Below are positions 36,661 through 51,275 of a stretch of DNA of 64,000 nucleotides, in pieces. Position numbers and translations under genes: made by a program. Position 1 is the first letter of the stretch. Each line of letters begins with the position of its first letter. The stretch comes from Eledone cirrhosa. Lineage: Eukaryota. The DNA lies in assembly GCA_964016885.1 (NCBI GenBank), contig OZ024740.1:18972001-19036000 (forward strand), given 5' to 3'. Below the pieces are notes generated by a model. It was not told the origin of the DNA. It made no database searches and saw nothing but the letters and a program-made list of their open reading frames with translations.

Positions 36661-36847
36661 GTTTAGTCCCTAGATCGGTTACTCTCGCCGATTCTGGTAA
36701 ATTTATAAATTTATTATAATAAATTGAAGTGAAAGCAACTGGTGCGTGTGTTTCTTATTGGCAACATGACCCTCCCAAAGTATAACAATATCGGTTTCAA
36801 CACACGTTTTCAGATAAAGAATCTTGCTAAACAAATTCAGAAACGAA

Positions 36848-37347
<500 letters not shown>

Positions 37348-37499
37348 TATATATATACATATATGTATGTGTGTGGAGTATATATAAATGTTTGTATGTC
37401 TGTATTTCTCTAGAGTTCTCCGAAACAAAGAAATATTTGACATATTAAAGGAACACAGTGCAAGACCATCTTAAGATTGAGTTCTGTCATGTCTGAGCA

Positions 37500-40400
37500 T
37501 CTGTATAATTGTTTCTACTTTTGGCACAAGGTACCAGTGCATTACTGGTACTTTATTTTATCGACCCCGTAAGAAGGAAAGGCAAAGTTAACCTCGGCGG
37601 GATTTGAACTCAGAATGGCAAGGGCCGTAACTCTATGCGTCAAAGCATGGCGCCCGACCCTCTACCGATACTGCCAATCCACCACCCTAGCATGGTGTCC
37701 GACCCTCTACCGATACTGCCAATCCACCACCCTAACATGGTGTCAGACCCTCTACCTGTACTACCAATACACCACCCTAGCATGGTGTCAGACCCTCTAC
37801 CAATACTGCCATCCACCACCCTAACATGGTGTCAGACCCTCTACTGATACTGCCAATCCACCACCCTAGCATGGTGTCAGACCCTCTACCAATACTGCCA
37901 TCCACCACCCTAACATGGTGTCAGACCCTCTACTGATACTGCCAATCCACCACCCTACCATGGTGTCAGACCCTCTACCTATACTACCAATCCACCAACC
38001 TAACATGGTGTCAGACCCTCTACCTATACTACCAATCAACCATCCTAGCATGGTGTCAGACCCTCTACAAATACTACCAATCCACCACCCTACCATGGCG
38101 TCAGACCCTCTACCTATACTACCAATCCACCACCCTAACATGGTGTCAGACCCTCTACCTATACTGCCAATCCACCACCCTAACATAGTGTCAGACCCTC
38201 TACCTATACTACCAAACCACCACCCTACCATGGTGTCAGACCCTCTACCTATACTGCCAATCCACCACCCTAGCATGGTGTCAGACCCTCTACAAATACT
38301 ACCAATCCACCACCCTAACATGGTGTCAGACCCTCTACCTATACTACCAATCCACCACCCTAACATGGTGTCAGACCCTCTACCGATACTGCCAATCCAC
38401 CACCCTACCATGGTGTCAGACCCTCTACCTATACTGCCAATCCACCACACTAACATGGTGTCAGACCCTCTACCAATACTGCCAATCAACCACCCTACCA
38501 TGGTGTCAGACCCTCTACCTATACTGCCAATCCACCACCCTAACATGGTGTCAGACCCTCTACCAATACTGCCAATCCATCACCCTAGCATGGTGTCAGA
38601 CCCTCTACCTATACTACCAATCCACCACCCTAACATGGTGTCAGACCCTCTACCTATACTGCCAATCCACCACCCTAACATGGTGTCAGACCCTCTACCA
38701 ATACTGCCAATCCACCACCCTACCATGGTGTCAGACCCTCTACCTATACTACCAATCCACCACCCTACCATGGTGTCAGACCCTCTACCTATACTACCAA
38801 TCCACCACCCTAACATAGCGTCAGACCCTCTACCTATACTACCAATCCACCACCCTACCATGGTGTCAGACCCTCTACCTATACTGCCAATCCACCACCC
38901 TAACATGGTGTCAGACCCTCTACCTATACTACCAATCAACCACCCTAGCATGGCATCAGACCCTCTACCGATACTGCCAATCCACCACCCTAACATGGTG
39001 TCAGACCCTCTACCGATACTGCCAGTCCACCACCCTAACATGGCCTCAGACCCTCTACCTACACTGCCAATCCACCACCCTAACATGGTGTCAGACCCTC
39101 TACCTACACTACCAATCCACCACCCTAATATGGTGTCAGACCCTCTACCTACACTACCAATCCACCACCCTAACATAGCGTCAGACCCTCTACCTATACT
39201 ACCAATCCACCACCCTAACATGGTGTCAGACCCTCTACCTATACTGCCAATCCACCACCCTAACATGGTGTCAGACCCTCTACCGATACTGCCAATCCAC
39301 CACCCTACCATGGTGTCAGACCCTCTACCTATACTACCAATCCACCACCCTAATATGGTGTCAGACCCTCTACCTACACTACCAATCCACCACCCTAATA
39401 TGGTGTCAGACCCTCTACCTACACTACCAATCCACCACCCTAACATAGCGTCAGACCCTCTACCTATACTACCAATCCACCACCCTAACATGGTGTCAGA
39501 CCCTCTACCTATACTGCCAATCCACCACCCTAACATGGTGTCAGACCCTCTACCTATACTGCCAATCCACCACCCTAACATGGTGTCAGACCCTCTACCT
39601 ATACTACCAATCCACCACCCTAATATGGTGTCAGACCCTCTACCTACACTACCAATCCACCACCCTAATATGGTGTCAGACCCTCTACCTACACTACCAA
39701 TCCACCACCCTAACATAGCGTCAGACCCTCTACCTATACTACCAATCCACCACCCTAACATGGTGTCAGACCCTCTACCTATACTGCCAATCCACCACCC
39801 TAACATGGTGTCAGACCCTCTACCTATACTGCCAATCCACCACCCTACCATGGTGTCAGACCCTCTACCTATACTGCCAATCCACCACCCTAACATGGTG
39901 TCAGACCCTCTACCAATACTGCCAATCCACCACCCTAGCATGGTGTCAGACCCTCTACCTATACTACCAATCCACCACCCTAACATGGTGTCAGACCCTC
40001 TACCTATACTGCCAATCCACCACCCTAACATGGTGTCAGACCCTCTACCGATGCTGCCAATCCACCACCCTAACATGGTGTCAGCCCCTCTACCTATACT
40101 GCCAATCCACCACCCTAACATGGTGTCAGACCCTCTACCTATACTACCAATCCACCACCCTAACATAGCGTCAGACCCTCTACCTATACTACCAATCCAC
40201 CACCCTAACATGCTGTCAGACCCTCTACCAATACTACCAATCCACCACCCTAGCATGGTGTCAGACCCTCTACCAATACTGCCATCCACCACCCTAGCAT
40301 GGTGTCAGACCCTCTACCTATACTACCAATCCACCACCCTAACATAGCGTCAGACCCTCTACCGATACTACCAATCCACCACCCTAACATGGTGTCAGAC

Positions 40401-41504
40401 CCTCTACCGATACTGCCAATCCACCACCCTAACATGGTGTCAGACCCTCTACCGATACTGCCAATCCACCACCCTACCATGGTGTCAGACCCTCTACCTA
40501 TACTGCCAATCCACCACCCTAACATGGTGTCAGACCCTCTACCGATACTGCCAATCCACCACCCTAACATGGTGTCAGACCCTCTACCGATACTGCCAAT
40601 CCACCACCCTACCATGGTGTCAGACCCTCTACCTATACTGCCAATCCACCACCCTACCATGGTGTCAGACCCTCTACCGATGCTGCCAATCCACCACCCT
40701 AACATGGTGTCAGACCCTCTACCGATGCTGCCAATCCACCACCCTAACATGGTGTCAGACCCTCTACCTATACTGCCAATCCACCACCCTAACATGGTGT
40801 CAGACCCTCTACCGATGCTGCCAATCCACCACCCTAACATGGTGTCAGCCCCTCTACCTATACTGCCAATCCACCACCCTAACATGGTGTCAGACCCTCT
40901 ACCTATACTACCAATCCACCACCCTAACATAGCGTCAGACCCTCTACCTATACTACCAATCCACCACCCTAACATGCTGTCAGACCCTCTACCAATACTA
41001 CCAATCCACCACCCTAGCATGGTGTCAGACCCTCTACCAATACTGCCATCCACCACCCTAGCATGGTGTCAGACCCTCTACCTATACTACCAATCCACCA
41101 CCCTAACATAGCGTCAGACCCTCTACCGATACTACCAATCCACCACCCTAACATGGTGTCAGACCCTCTACCGATACTGCCAATCCACCACCCTAACATG
41201 GTGTCAGACCCTCTACCGATACTGCCAATCCACCACCCTACCATGGTGTCAGACCCTCTACCTATACTGCCAATCCACCACCCTACCATGCTGTCAAACC
41301 TTCTACCGATACTGCCAATCCACCACCCTACCATGGTGTCAGACCCTCTACCGATACTGCCAATCCACCACCCTACCATGGTGTCAGACCCTCTACCTAT
41401 ACTGCCAATCCACCACCCTACCATGCTGTCAGACCCTCTACCGATACTGCCAATCCACCACCTTAGCATGGTGTCCGAACCTCTACCGATACTGCCAATC
41501 CGCC
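37500..41504 (-). mobile_element. tRNA-derived SINE whose 45-nt head is expanded into the 45-bp array
   Basis: 37540-37680 is the reverse complement of SINE 52374-52520 (B box GAGTTCAAATCC at about 37599-37610) and runs without a break into the array. Confidence 0.85.
37644..41504. repeat. 45-bp minisatellite, about 86 units, consensus CATGGTGTCAGACCCTCTACCTATACTGCCAATCCACCACCCTAA
   Basis: Direct reading. 44-bp units at about 37810, 37900, 40284 and 41048 break the reading frames. Confidence 0.98.
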
Positions 41505-41591
41505 GTATAATAAGATACATACGTGGTCCCATAACTTCCGAGGGAGTTGTAGGTCGCCATATTGACATACAGCATTTCTAGGGCATTTTAA

Positions 41592-41832
41592 AACCTGGTG
41601 GAGCCCATCCCTCTCCAGGTCTGAACACAGCAGATTTCTTCCGGAGAAGGATAGAGAGAGTGAGAAAAATGGATGTGAGAAACAGATATAGAGGAAGAAT
41701 CGACCCAGTACTAGACTGGTACTTTTTTAATCAACCTAGAAAGGATGAAAGGCAAGTTTGACCTCGGCGGGATTTGAACTCAGAGAGCAGAGAGTCGGAA
41801 CGAAATTCGACAAAGCATTCTGTTTGCCGACT
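41592..41832 (-). mobile_element. SINE of a second subfamily (same B box and central domain, different 3' tail)
   Basis: Shares GAAAGGCAAGTTTGACCTCGGCGGGATTTGAACTCAG with the other SINEs, and AGGTCTGAACACAGC tail sequence with 62568-62815. Confidence 0.7.
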
Positions 41833-42094
41833 TGTACTGAAAGATAGTTCTGTGAAACATGTCCCTACCGTGACAACTGAATACATGTCTGCGCACGCTT
41901 CATTCCCCATTGTCGATATCACACACTGACAATAGCCATTTCAAAAGTGGTGGTGGGAACCGTATATACATACATACATACATATATATCTATATCTATA
42001 TGTATGTATATGTATATATATATATATATATATCATCATCATCATCATCATCGTTTAACGTCCATATATACACATATATATATCATTATATATT

Positions 42095-42158
<64 letters not shown>

Positions 42159-42423
42159 GTCGATATATATTCGGTTCAATAATGGTTGAACTAGACAATC
42201 ATCGAACCATGGTCTAATCAAGCATAAGAGCAACACGTTATAGGTATATATATGTTATAGGTATATATACACGTTATAGGTATATATATGTATGTATGGT
42301 TGCACACACACACACACACACACGCACACACATACGCACATACACATATATACATATATATGTGTGTGGGTATTCATGTATGAATGTATGCACGAATGAA
42401 TCTATTTATACATGTATGTATAT

Positions 42424-45400
42424 TCTTCTGGTTTTATAATTTCACAAAGTTTTACCAATAGAAAGAGAGTCGGTTTCTAACCTAGATACAAGACTCTCTC
42501 ATTGAAATTTACACATAAACTAGGTAGATATGTATGTATGTCTGCATGCATGCATGTGTAGATATGGATGTTATTGTATGTTTGGATGTGGATGTTTTGA
42601 GTTGTATGTGTGCATGTGTATATGCTTTGTATCTGTACATGTGTATATGCAGTTATTAGATGCAAAATTTTTCGAATGTTTTACATATTTTTACTGTTCC
42701 ATTAATGGATTGTACTTGTAATTTCTTAACTAGTTGTGTTCTTTCTGTTCCTGTGAAGCCTAGCTTCTCAAGATTTGTATTGAGGCAGTTACTAACATAT
42801 CCCAGTGCCCCAATAATCACAGGCATAAATCTGAAGGTGTAATCAGGGTGGAGTATCTGCAGATTTCTCATCAGATCTGCATAAATATTCTCATCAGATC
42901 TGCATAAATATTCTCCTTTTCACTAATCTTTGATATTATATTGGCATCTGCTGGGCAGCTAATTTCCACGAATGTGCATGTTTTCTTCTCCCTGTCCCAT
43001 ATCATAATATCTGGTCTGTTATGCCTGCATTTTATTGGGGTGTTTACTGGAACATTCCACCAGTACACTTTCATATTATGTACATGGATGTCTTCCACAT
43101 TGTTGTAGCTTTTAATGTGTTTATTATCGGGGCTATCTTTTTTACGAACTGCATTGTACAGTGTTTTGGCCACTACATCATGCCTCATAGGTAGATAGTA
43201 CCGCGATGATATCTTTGGGCAGCTGCTGATTACATGGGTGATATCCTCGATGTTAGTTCTGCAGAGTTATCACATCTAGGTGTTTTGCCTGCATCCCTAT
43301 ATCTTTTGTGAATCTAGTATTTCGTGTTAATCTCCTGTTCTTGGGTTGCAAAAGCGTATCCTTCAAAGTGGGAGCCAATATAGCGGTTGTTGGTCCTAGA
43401 TAGACTACTTTCCTTATCTATATTACTCTCACTCTGGAGCTTCCTGGCAACATATCCATGCATGATTTTTTGCTGATAGGCATGCAGTTTTTCATCCATG
43501 GATTCACTGCGATACTGCTGAGCGACATCCCTGGGTGTGAGTTTTTGATTATCACACAGGGAATATCTCTCAAGAAGTTCCTTCCCAACTCTCATGATCT
43601 TATCTGTTTCATGCAGATAGACTTGCTCGAGAAGCGGGCTCCTACGCTTCGAGGTTCGTAGATATTGTCGGAGAGATATGATGCGACATTCAAATGTTGT
43701 CTGGACTGATGTTAGGCCTCTGCCTCCTTGCTTACGTTTCAAGTAAATGCGGTCTATGTCACTGTTGATGTGGAATTTCCGGTGTTGTTCAGTATTTTTC
43801 GAGTTCCAACATCAACTGATCGGATTTGGTCTATCGTCAAATTGAGTATTCCAAACGTTGGTGTTAGGACAGGCACAGCAAACACATTGTGAGCCACTGT
43901 TTTGTTTTGCGCAGAGAGTTCCGATGACCAGATCTTTCTTAATCGGGTGTAGTATTCCCTGGTTACGCGTTCTTTATTACAGATACCATTATAGGATATG
44001 TTCTCATCTATCCCCAGGTATCTGTAGCAGTCCTCATCAGATATCGGTGAAACAGTTAAACCAATGTTGCTAGATTGGGTTGTTGTTTTCCCCCGCTTTA
44101 CAGTCATGTATGGGCATTTATCTTGGCCAAACTCCATTCCTATATCCTTTGAGAACGTTGTAACCAGGTCAAGATTTTTCTTCATCCCATCCATGTTCTT
44201 GGCATAGAGTTTCAGATCGTCCACAAAGAAGTTATGGGTTAGGTTCGTATTTCTGTCCTACTGTGAGCCAATGATGTATCCCTCACATTTCTTGAGCAGA
44301 AAGGACAAGGGGTTTAATGACAAGATGAACAATTTCACAGAGAGACTGTCCTCCTGAAATATACCCCTGCAATATTTTATTTTATCAGTGAAACTAGAGT
44401 CCTCCCTCTCTGTCTTTAACCTTAGGATAGTAGCCCAAGAAGAAGACAGCCTCTCTATGGCTCTGACAATAATGTCTGGGACTTTAGCAAGTTGGAGGGC
44501 CTCTATCATCCAAGAGTGGGGAACAGAATCGAAAGCTTTCCTGTAGTCCAGCCAGACTGTAGTCATATACCTCCTAAGTTGTTGTACCTCCGACATCGCA
44601 GTTTTGTTGATTAGGAGTTGTTTAGCACATCCCCAAACCCCTTTCTTTCCAGCTGCTTGTTCATCTGTGATGATGTTATTATTTTCACAGTGATCTTGGA
44701 GGAATAGGTTCAGGCAGGCTGTATACATCTTATACATCAGGTTCTGGCATGCAATGGGTCGGTAGTGTTTTGCCAAGTGGGTGTCTTTGTTCTTCGGGAC
44801 CAGTAACGTTTGTGCTAATGTCAACCATTCTGGTATAAGTGTATCTCCCTTAAGAACTTGTTGGTAGAGATCAGTAAGATACCTCCGATAGAATATTAGT
44901 TTTTTGTACCAGTAACCGACAATCATGTCTCTTCCTGGTGTTTTCTTATCTTGGAGTTTTCCTATCACAGTCTCAAGGGTACCCTCATTTATTTCGTATG
45001 TTTTTTGTTGTAGTGTAGGAGCAATAGTTCTTTCGGATTTTTCTTAGCCACACTACATCTTGGTTGAAATTCTTCTTTTCACCCCATATTTTTCTCCAAA
45101 AGGAATCTATGTCTTTCTGGGATGGGGCCTCAGTGACACTTATTATTTTGCCCTTCATATCTCTATAGACTGATGTTTGGTTTCGTCTGAATCTTTTATT
45201 AAGCATTTTTCTCTCATCTACCTTCTTCAGGTATCGGCGTTTTTCGCTAACAACTCTCAATTCTTGTTTGAGGGTGATCAGCTTATATTGGAGAGTTCTG
45301 GTTCTACTGTTACCAAACACCGTCTCTATTTAATTTTTCACTCTTTGTTGGTGAGGAGTGAGGTTTTTTTTGTGTTTGTTTGCATGTAAGGAGCATTATC

Positions 45401-45490
45401 ACATGTCCTATGTTTTTTCGTAGGTCAGCACTCTTTTTTTCTATTTTAGTTATATATGATGGTATTTTTGGTGGTGTTTTGTATTTGTTA
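42424..45490 (-). mobile_element. Second, distinct R4/Dong-like non-LTR retrotransposon, 5'-truncated and disrupted, (TACA)n at both ends in its sense orientation
   Basis: Motifs KTPGRD, HYRPIAC, WLDYRKAFDSVPH, GIFQEDSLS, VDDLKLY, RKQGGRGL, EDITHVISSC, RHDVVAK, HNRPDIMIWD..FVEISCP. Stop at 42656. A 24-bp internal duplication at about 42865-42912 introduces a stop. Confidence 0.9.
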
Positions 45491-45556
45491 TATATATGTA
45501 TGTAAGTATGTATGTATGTATGTATGTATGTATGTATGTATGTATGTATGTATGTA

Positions 45557-45985
45557 TTCGGGAGAGATGACCCCTTAGCCTTTGTCAAGGCAGAATTCTA
45601 GGAGAAGGAAAACTCTGATATAACACCTGCAACCCTGGTGGTATCCAATGATGTTGACTTGTTCTTCTTTTTGGTAAATATCATCTTGGTTAAGGGAGTG
45701 GGACTGGCTTTGTGCAGTGCCTTTGCTCACTATAAAAGCTTCACGGCACAGGCATTGCTTTATATCTGGAGATCTCTCTGCAATTGTCGTCACATGGTAC
45801 CATGGGCCCAGCACTATGTGTCAATAATTGTCACAAGTGTAGTATTTGTACCAGAGTTTTCAAGTCGCTGGCTGGACTAAAAGTCACACTTGTTTAGCGC
45901 ATCGGTAGGGGTTCTCCTACATGGATATAAAGTAGTGGCCGTACTCGAAAACGAGTTGGCAGCCACCATGTATGTATGTATGTAT
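45557..45985 (+). mobile_element. 5'-truncated copy of the RTE-derived retroposon
   Basis: Starts CGGGAGAGATGACCCC after (TGTA)n, ends GCAGCCACCA plus about four TGTA units. Confidence 0.88.
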
Positions 45986-46272
45986 GTTTTCTCTTTCTCT
46001 TAATTTCGAGTATATTTTTTTTTGACCGGCCACCTTCCTGGTGGCAAGGTTGTAAAAGAAAAGAAATTGTCATCCCTTGAATCGCAAGAATGTTTTGCAT
46101 ATTTTGAAGGTGCCAGCTATCGCAGCCATTTGTAGACTATGAATTAGGGAGCTGCGCTTTTTGTCCGCAAATCCAAGTTCGGTCATACTTTGGTCCAAGC
46201 GGGTTGGTATATAGCCCGTAGCACCAATAATGATGGGTATGAAGCTAAAGGTGTATCTTGGATACTGGATTT
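45986..46272 (-). mobile_element. 3' fragment of the first R4/Dong-like family
   Basis: Near-identical reverse complement of about 22497-22783 (IQYPRYTFSF..KICKTFLRFKG plus 3' UTR). Confidence 0.92.
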
Positions 46273-46299
46273 GTATGTATGTATGTATGTATGTATGTA

Positions 46300-48093
46300 T
46301 GGTCGGGTCGTTGGCGACTAAACTGGCAATCCCACCAAGGTTTCTTGGTGAGGAGGGTGACTTTGGACATCCTGCAGGACTAAAAACAAAACCTGTCAAA
46401 GGGCAAAGGAGCTCTTAAGAGTCAATGGCCATCCAAAATCACCGGGAGAGATGACCCCTTAGCCTTTGTCAAGGCAGAATTCTAGGAGAAGGAAAACTCT
46501 GATATAACACCTGCAAATCTGATGGTATCCAATGATGTTGACTTGTTCTTCTTTTTGGTTAATATCATCTTGGTTAAGAGAGTGGGACTGGCTTTGTGCA
46601 GTGCCTTTGCTCACTATAAAAGCTTCACGTCACAGGCATTGCTTTATATCTGGAGATCTCTCTACACTTGTCGTCACATGGTACCATGGGTCCAACACTA
46701 TGTGTCAATAATTGTCACAAGTGTAGTGTTTGTACCAGAGTTTTCAAGTCGCTGGCTGGACTAAAAAGTCACACTTGTTCAACGCATTGGTAGGAGTTCT
46801 CCTACATGGATATAAAGTAGTGGCCGTACTCGAAAACGCGTTGGCAGCCACCATGTATGTATATATGTCAGGTCACCAGTTAGTGCTACTGGTAACATGT
46901 ATCCCAGTACAACCTGTCTCATGGTCTGGTCGTTGGCGACTAAACTGGCAACCCCACCAAGGTTTCTTGGTGAGGAGGGTGTCTTTGGACATCCTGCAGG
47001 ACTAAAAACAAAACCTGTCAAAGGGCAAAGAAGCTCTTAAGAGTCAATGGCCATCCAAAATCACCGAGAGAGATGACCCCTTAGCCTTTGTCAAGGCAGA
47101 ATTCTAGGAGAATGAAAACTCTGATATAACACCTGCAAATCTGATGGTATCCAATGATGTTGACTTGTTCTTCTTTTTGGTAAATATCATCTTGGTTAAG
47201 AGAGTGGGACTGGCTTTGTGCAGTGCCTTTGCTCACTATAAAAGCTTCACGGCACAGGCATTGCTTTATATCTGGAGATCTCTCTACACTTGTCGTCACA
47301 TGGTACCATGGGCCCAACACTATGTGTCAATAATTGTCACAAGTGTAGTGTTTGTACCAGAGTTTTCGAGTCGCTGGCTGGACTAAAAAGTCACACTTGT
47401 TCAACGCATCGGTAGGAGTTCTCCTACATGGATATAAAGTAGTGGCCGTACTCGAAAACGCGTTGGCAGCCACCATGTATGTATATATGTCAGGTCACCA
47501 GTTAGTGCTACTGGTAACATGTATCCCAGTACAACCTGTCTCATGGTCTGGTCGTTGGCGACTAAACTGGCAACCCCACCAAGGTTTCTTGGTGAGGAGG
47601 GTGTCTTTGGACATCCTGCAGGACTAAAAACAAAACCTGTCAAAGGGCAAAGAAGCTCTTAAGAGTCAATGGCCATCCAAAATCACCGGGAGAGATGACC
47701 CCTTAGCCTTTGTCAAGGCAGAATTCTAGGAGAATGAAAACTCTGATATAACACCTGCAAATCTGATGGTATCCAATGATGTTGACTTGTTCTTCTTTTT
47801 GGTAAATATCATCTTGGTTAAGAGAGTGGGACTGGCTTTGTGCAGTGCCTTTGCTCACTATAAAAGCTTCACGGCACAGGCATTGCTTTATATCTGGAGA
47901 TCTCTCTACACTTGTCGTCACATGGTACCATGGGCCCAGCACTATGTGTCAATAATTGTCACAGGTGTAGTGTTTGTACCAGAGTTTTCAAGTCGCTGGC
48001 TGGACTAAAAAGTCACACTCGTTCAGCACATCGGTAGGGGTTCTGCTACATATAAAGTAGTGGCCGTACTCGAAAACGCGTTGGCAGCCACCA
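46300..48093 (+). mobile_element. Head-to-tail stack of three copies of the 622-bp RTE-derived retroposon (46300-46868, 46869-47490, 47491-48093)
   Basis: ORF track repeats at a 622 offset (46522/47144/47766). Each unit has an RTE-like UTR (TCTAGGAGAAGGAAAACTCTG), a C2H2 remnant CSVCTRVFKSLAGLKSHTRSAH-R-stop, and a TGTA tail. Confidence 0.9.
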
Positions 48094-48189
48094 TGTATGC
48101 ATGCATGTATGCGTGCATGCTTTTAAGCATTATGTATGCATGAATGCATGCATAAATTCGTGCATAATTTCTTAAATTCGTGCATAATA

Positions 48190-48440
48190 CGGGGTGCCGA
48201 TGGTGGTGAGGAGGGAGGTGGTCCAAGGACACCAGTGTCAATTCAGAATTCAGTAAAGTACATCTACAGAAACAGAAAAAGAGACACAGGAAGATATGGA
48301 AAAGGAATGTCTGGAAGCTAAAGGACCTTTCACTTAAATATAGGTTTAGGAAAGCCTTACGGGATGTGTATGATGAGAGAGAAGACGAATTAGAATTACA
48401 TGATATAGAAGACAACTGGAAGTTCTTACGCGACAACCCA
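48190..48440 (+). mobile_element. RTE-type LINE fragment (linker after the endonuclease)
   Basis: Translates RKIWKRNVWKLKDLSLKYRFRKAL..IEDNWKFLRDN, resembling the RTE WKLKD..F..VE..W linker. Confidence 0.55.
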
Positions 48441-49289
48441 CTACACGGAAACCGAAAAAGGTAAAAGACAAAGTTGTACTCTGTCGGATTCGATCTCGGA
48501 GGTTTTATAACTGAATACAGCGTGAAATTTTATCATCACTGAAAAGAAACGATATGGCGATATCTAAATTAAGCACAAGGTCACAGGAATGTGTTAAGGT
48601 AACAGTTTATTTAGAGTAACAAAATATCTCGAGGCTGACTGGTCTACTGCCTCTCAACTTTCCAAACACATATAACCGCAGAGAAATAGTTTGGGTAATT
48701 TCCTTCACATTGCGCAACATTTTCCATGTCTTCTGCTACACACGACGATACGCTAACGTATGTATGTATGTATGTATGTATGTATGTATGTATGTATGTA
48801 TGTATGTATGTATGTATGTATGTATGTATGTATGTATGTATGTATCTATGTATGCAGGCATGCATGTATATAATTACGTATATATAGAGTTGCTAAGGTA
48901 TCATCCGAGCTGAGGATGGAAAACGAGCGAGTAGAAAATGTGTGTGTGTGTATGAGTGTGTGTGTATGTGTATTGTGTGAGTATGTATATGTGTGTGTAT
49001 GTGTGTATGTGTGTGTATGTGTGTGTGTATGTATGTGTGTCTGTGAATCTGTATATATGAATATGTATGTGTATGTGTGTATATATGTGTGTGTATGTAT
49101 GTGTGTATGTATATATATATGTATATACATATATATATATGTATGTATGTGTGTGTGTGTGTATATATGTATGTGTGTGTATTTTACATTATACGTTACT
49201 ACATTAAAACCAAACATCTCTGTTTTTATTGACTGTGCATTCTTCCATTACATATATTGATATCTCCTTTTAAGATATTACTATCCCAC

Positions 49290-49293
49290 ATGT

Positions 49294-49324
<31 letters not shown>

Positions 49325-49325
49325 T

Positions 49326-49400
<75 letters not shown>

Positions 49401-49449
49401 GTGTGTGTGTGTGTATTATTATATATATATATATATATGTATATATATT

Positions 49450-49530
<81 letters not shown>

Positions 49531-49549
49531 GTGTGTGTGTGTGTATTAT

Positions 49550-49580
<31 letters not shown>

Positions 49581-49581
49581 T

Positions 49582-49652
<71 letters not shown>

Positions 49653-49690
49653 GTGTGTGTGTGTGTATTATTATATATATATATATATGT
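49290..49690. repeat. Compound (TA)n/(TG)n block repeated about three times in tandem
   Basis: The pattern GTATATATATTTATATA..(TG)n(TA)nTGTATA(TG)nTATTATTA recurs roughly every 120-130 bp. Confidence 0.8.
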
Positions 49691-49728
49691 GATATATGTA
49701 TATATTTTACCAAAACAACTTTTACTGT

Positions 49729-49778
<50 letters not shown>

Positions 49779-49779
<1 letters not shown>

Positions 49780-49915
49780 AGTTTATCCCAGGTTCAATCG
49801 GGAGTAACCACAGTAAGTAAGGTACTCAATACTAACCAGAGTATAAATATTTACAATAGAAGAGCTTCTACAGGACTAGAACTGTTTCATTTCTCCCTGT
49901 AGAAGCCTTTCTATA
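49779..49915 (-). mobile_element. (TA)n-anchored hairpin mini-element (family B, internally deleted copy)
   Basis: Reverse complement of about 54590-54676. TAGAAGAGCTTCTACAGG...CCTGTAGAAGCCTTTCTA forms a hairpin. Confidence 0.7.
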
Positions 49916-49939
49916 CACATACGTACCTATACACACATA

Positions 49940-51275
<1,336 letters not shown>

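Noticed and set aside
37866-41581. Pro/His-rich or Gly/Trp-rich repeat protein, such as a cephalopod structural protein
   Set aside because: The unit is a SINE head, and 44-bp units break the frames.
47957-48037. Host C2H2 zinc-finger gene
   Set aside because: A single finger inside a multicopy retroposon, often mutated or frameshifted; consistent with an RTE ORF C-terminal remnant.
48760-49780. YI-, CV- and HT-rich ORFs here and at other microsatellites
   Set aside because: These are translations of (TA)n, (TG)n and (TATG)n.
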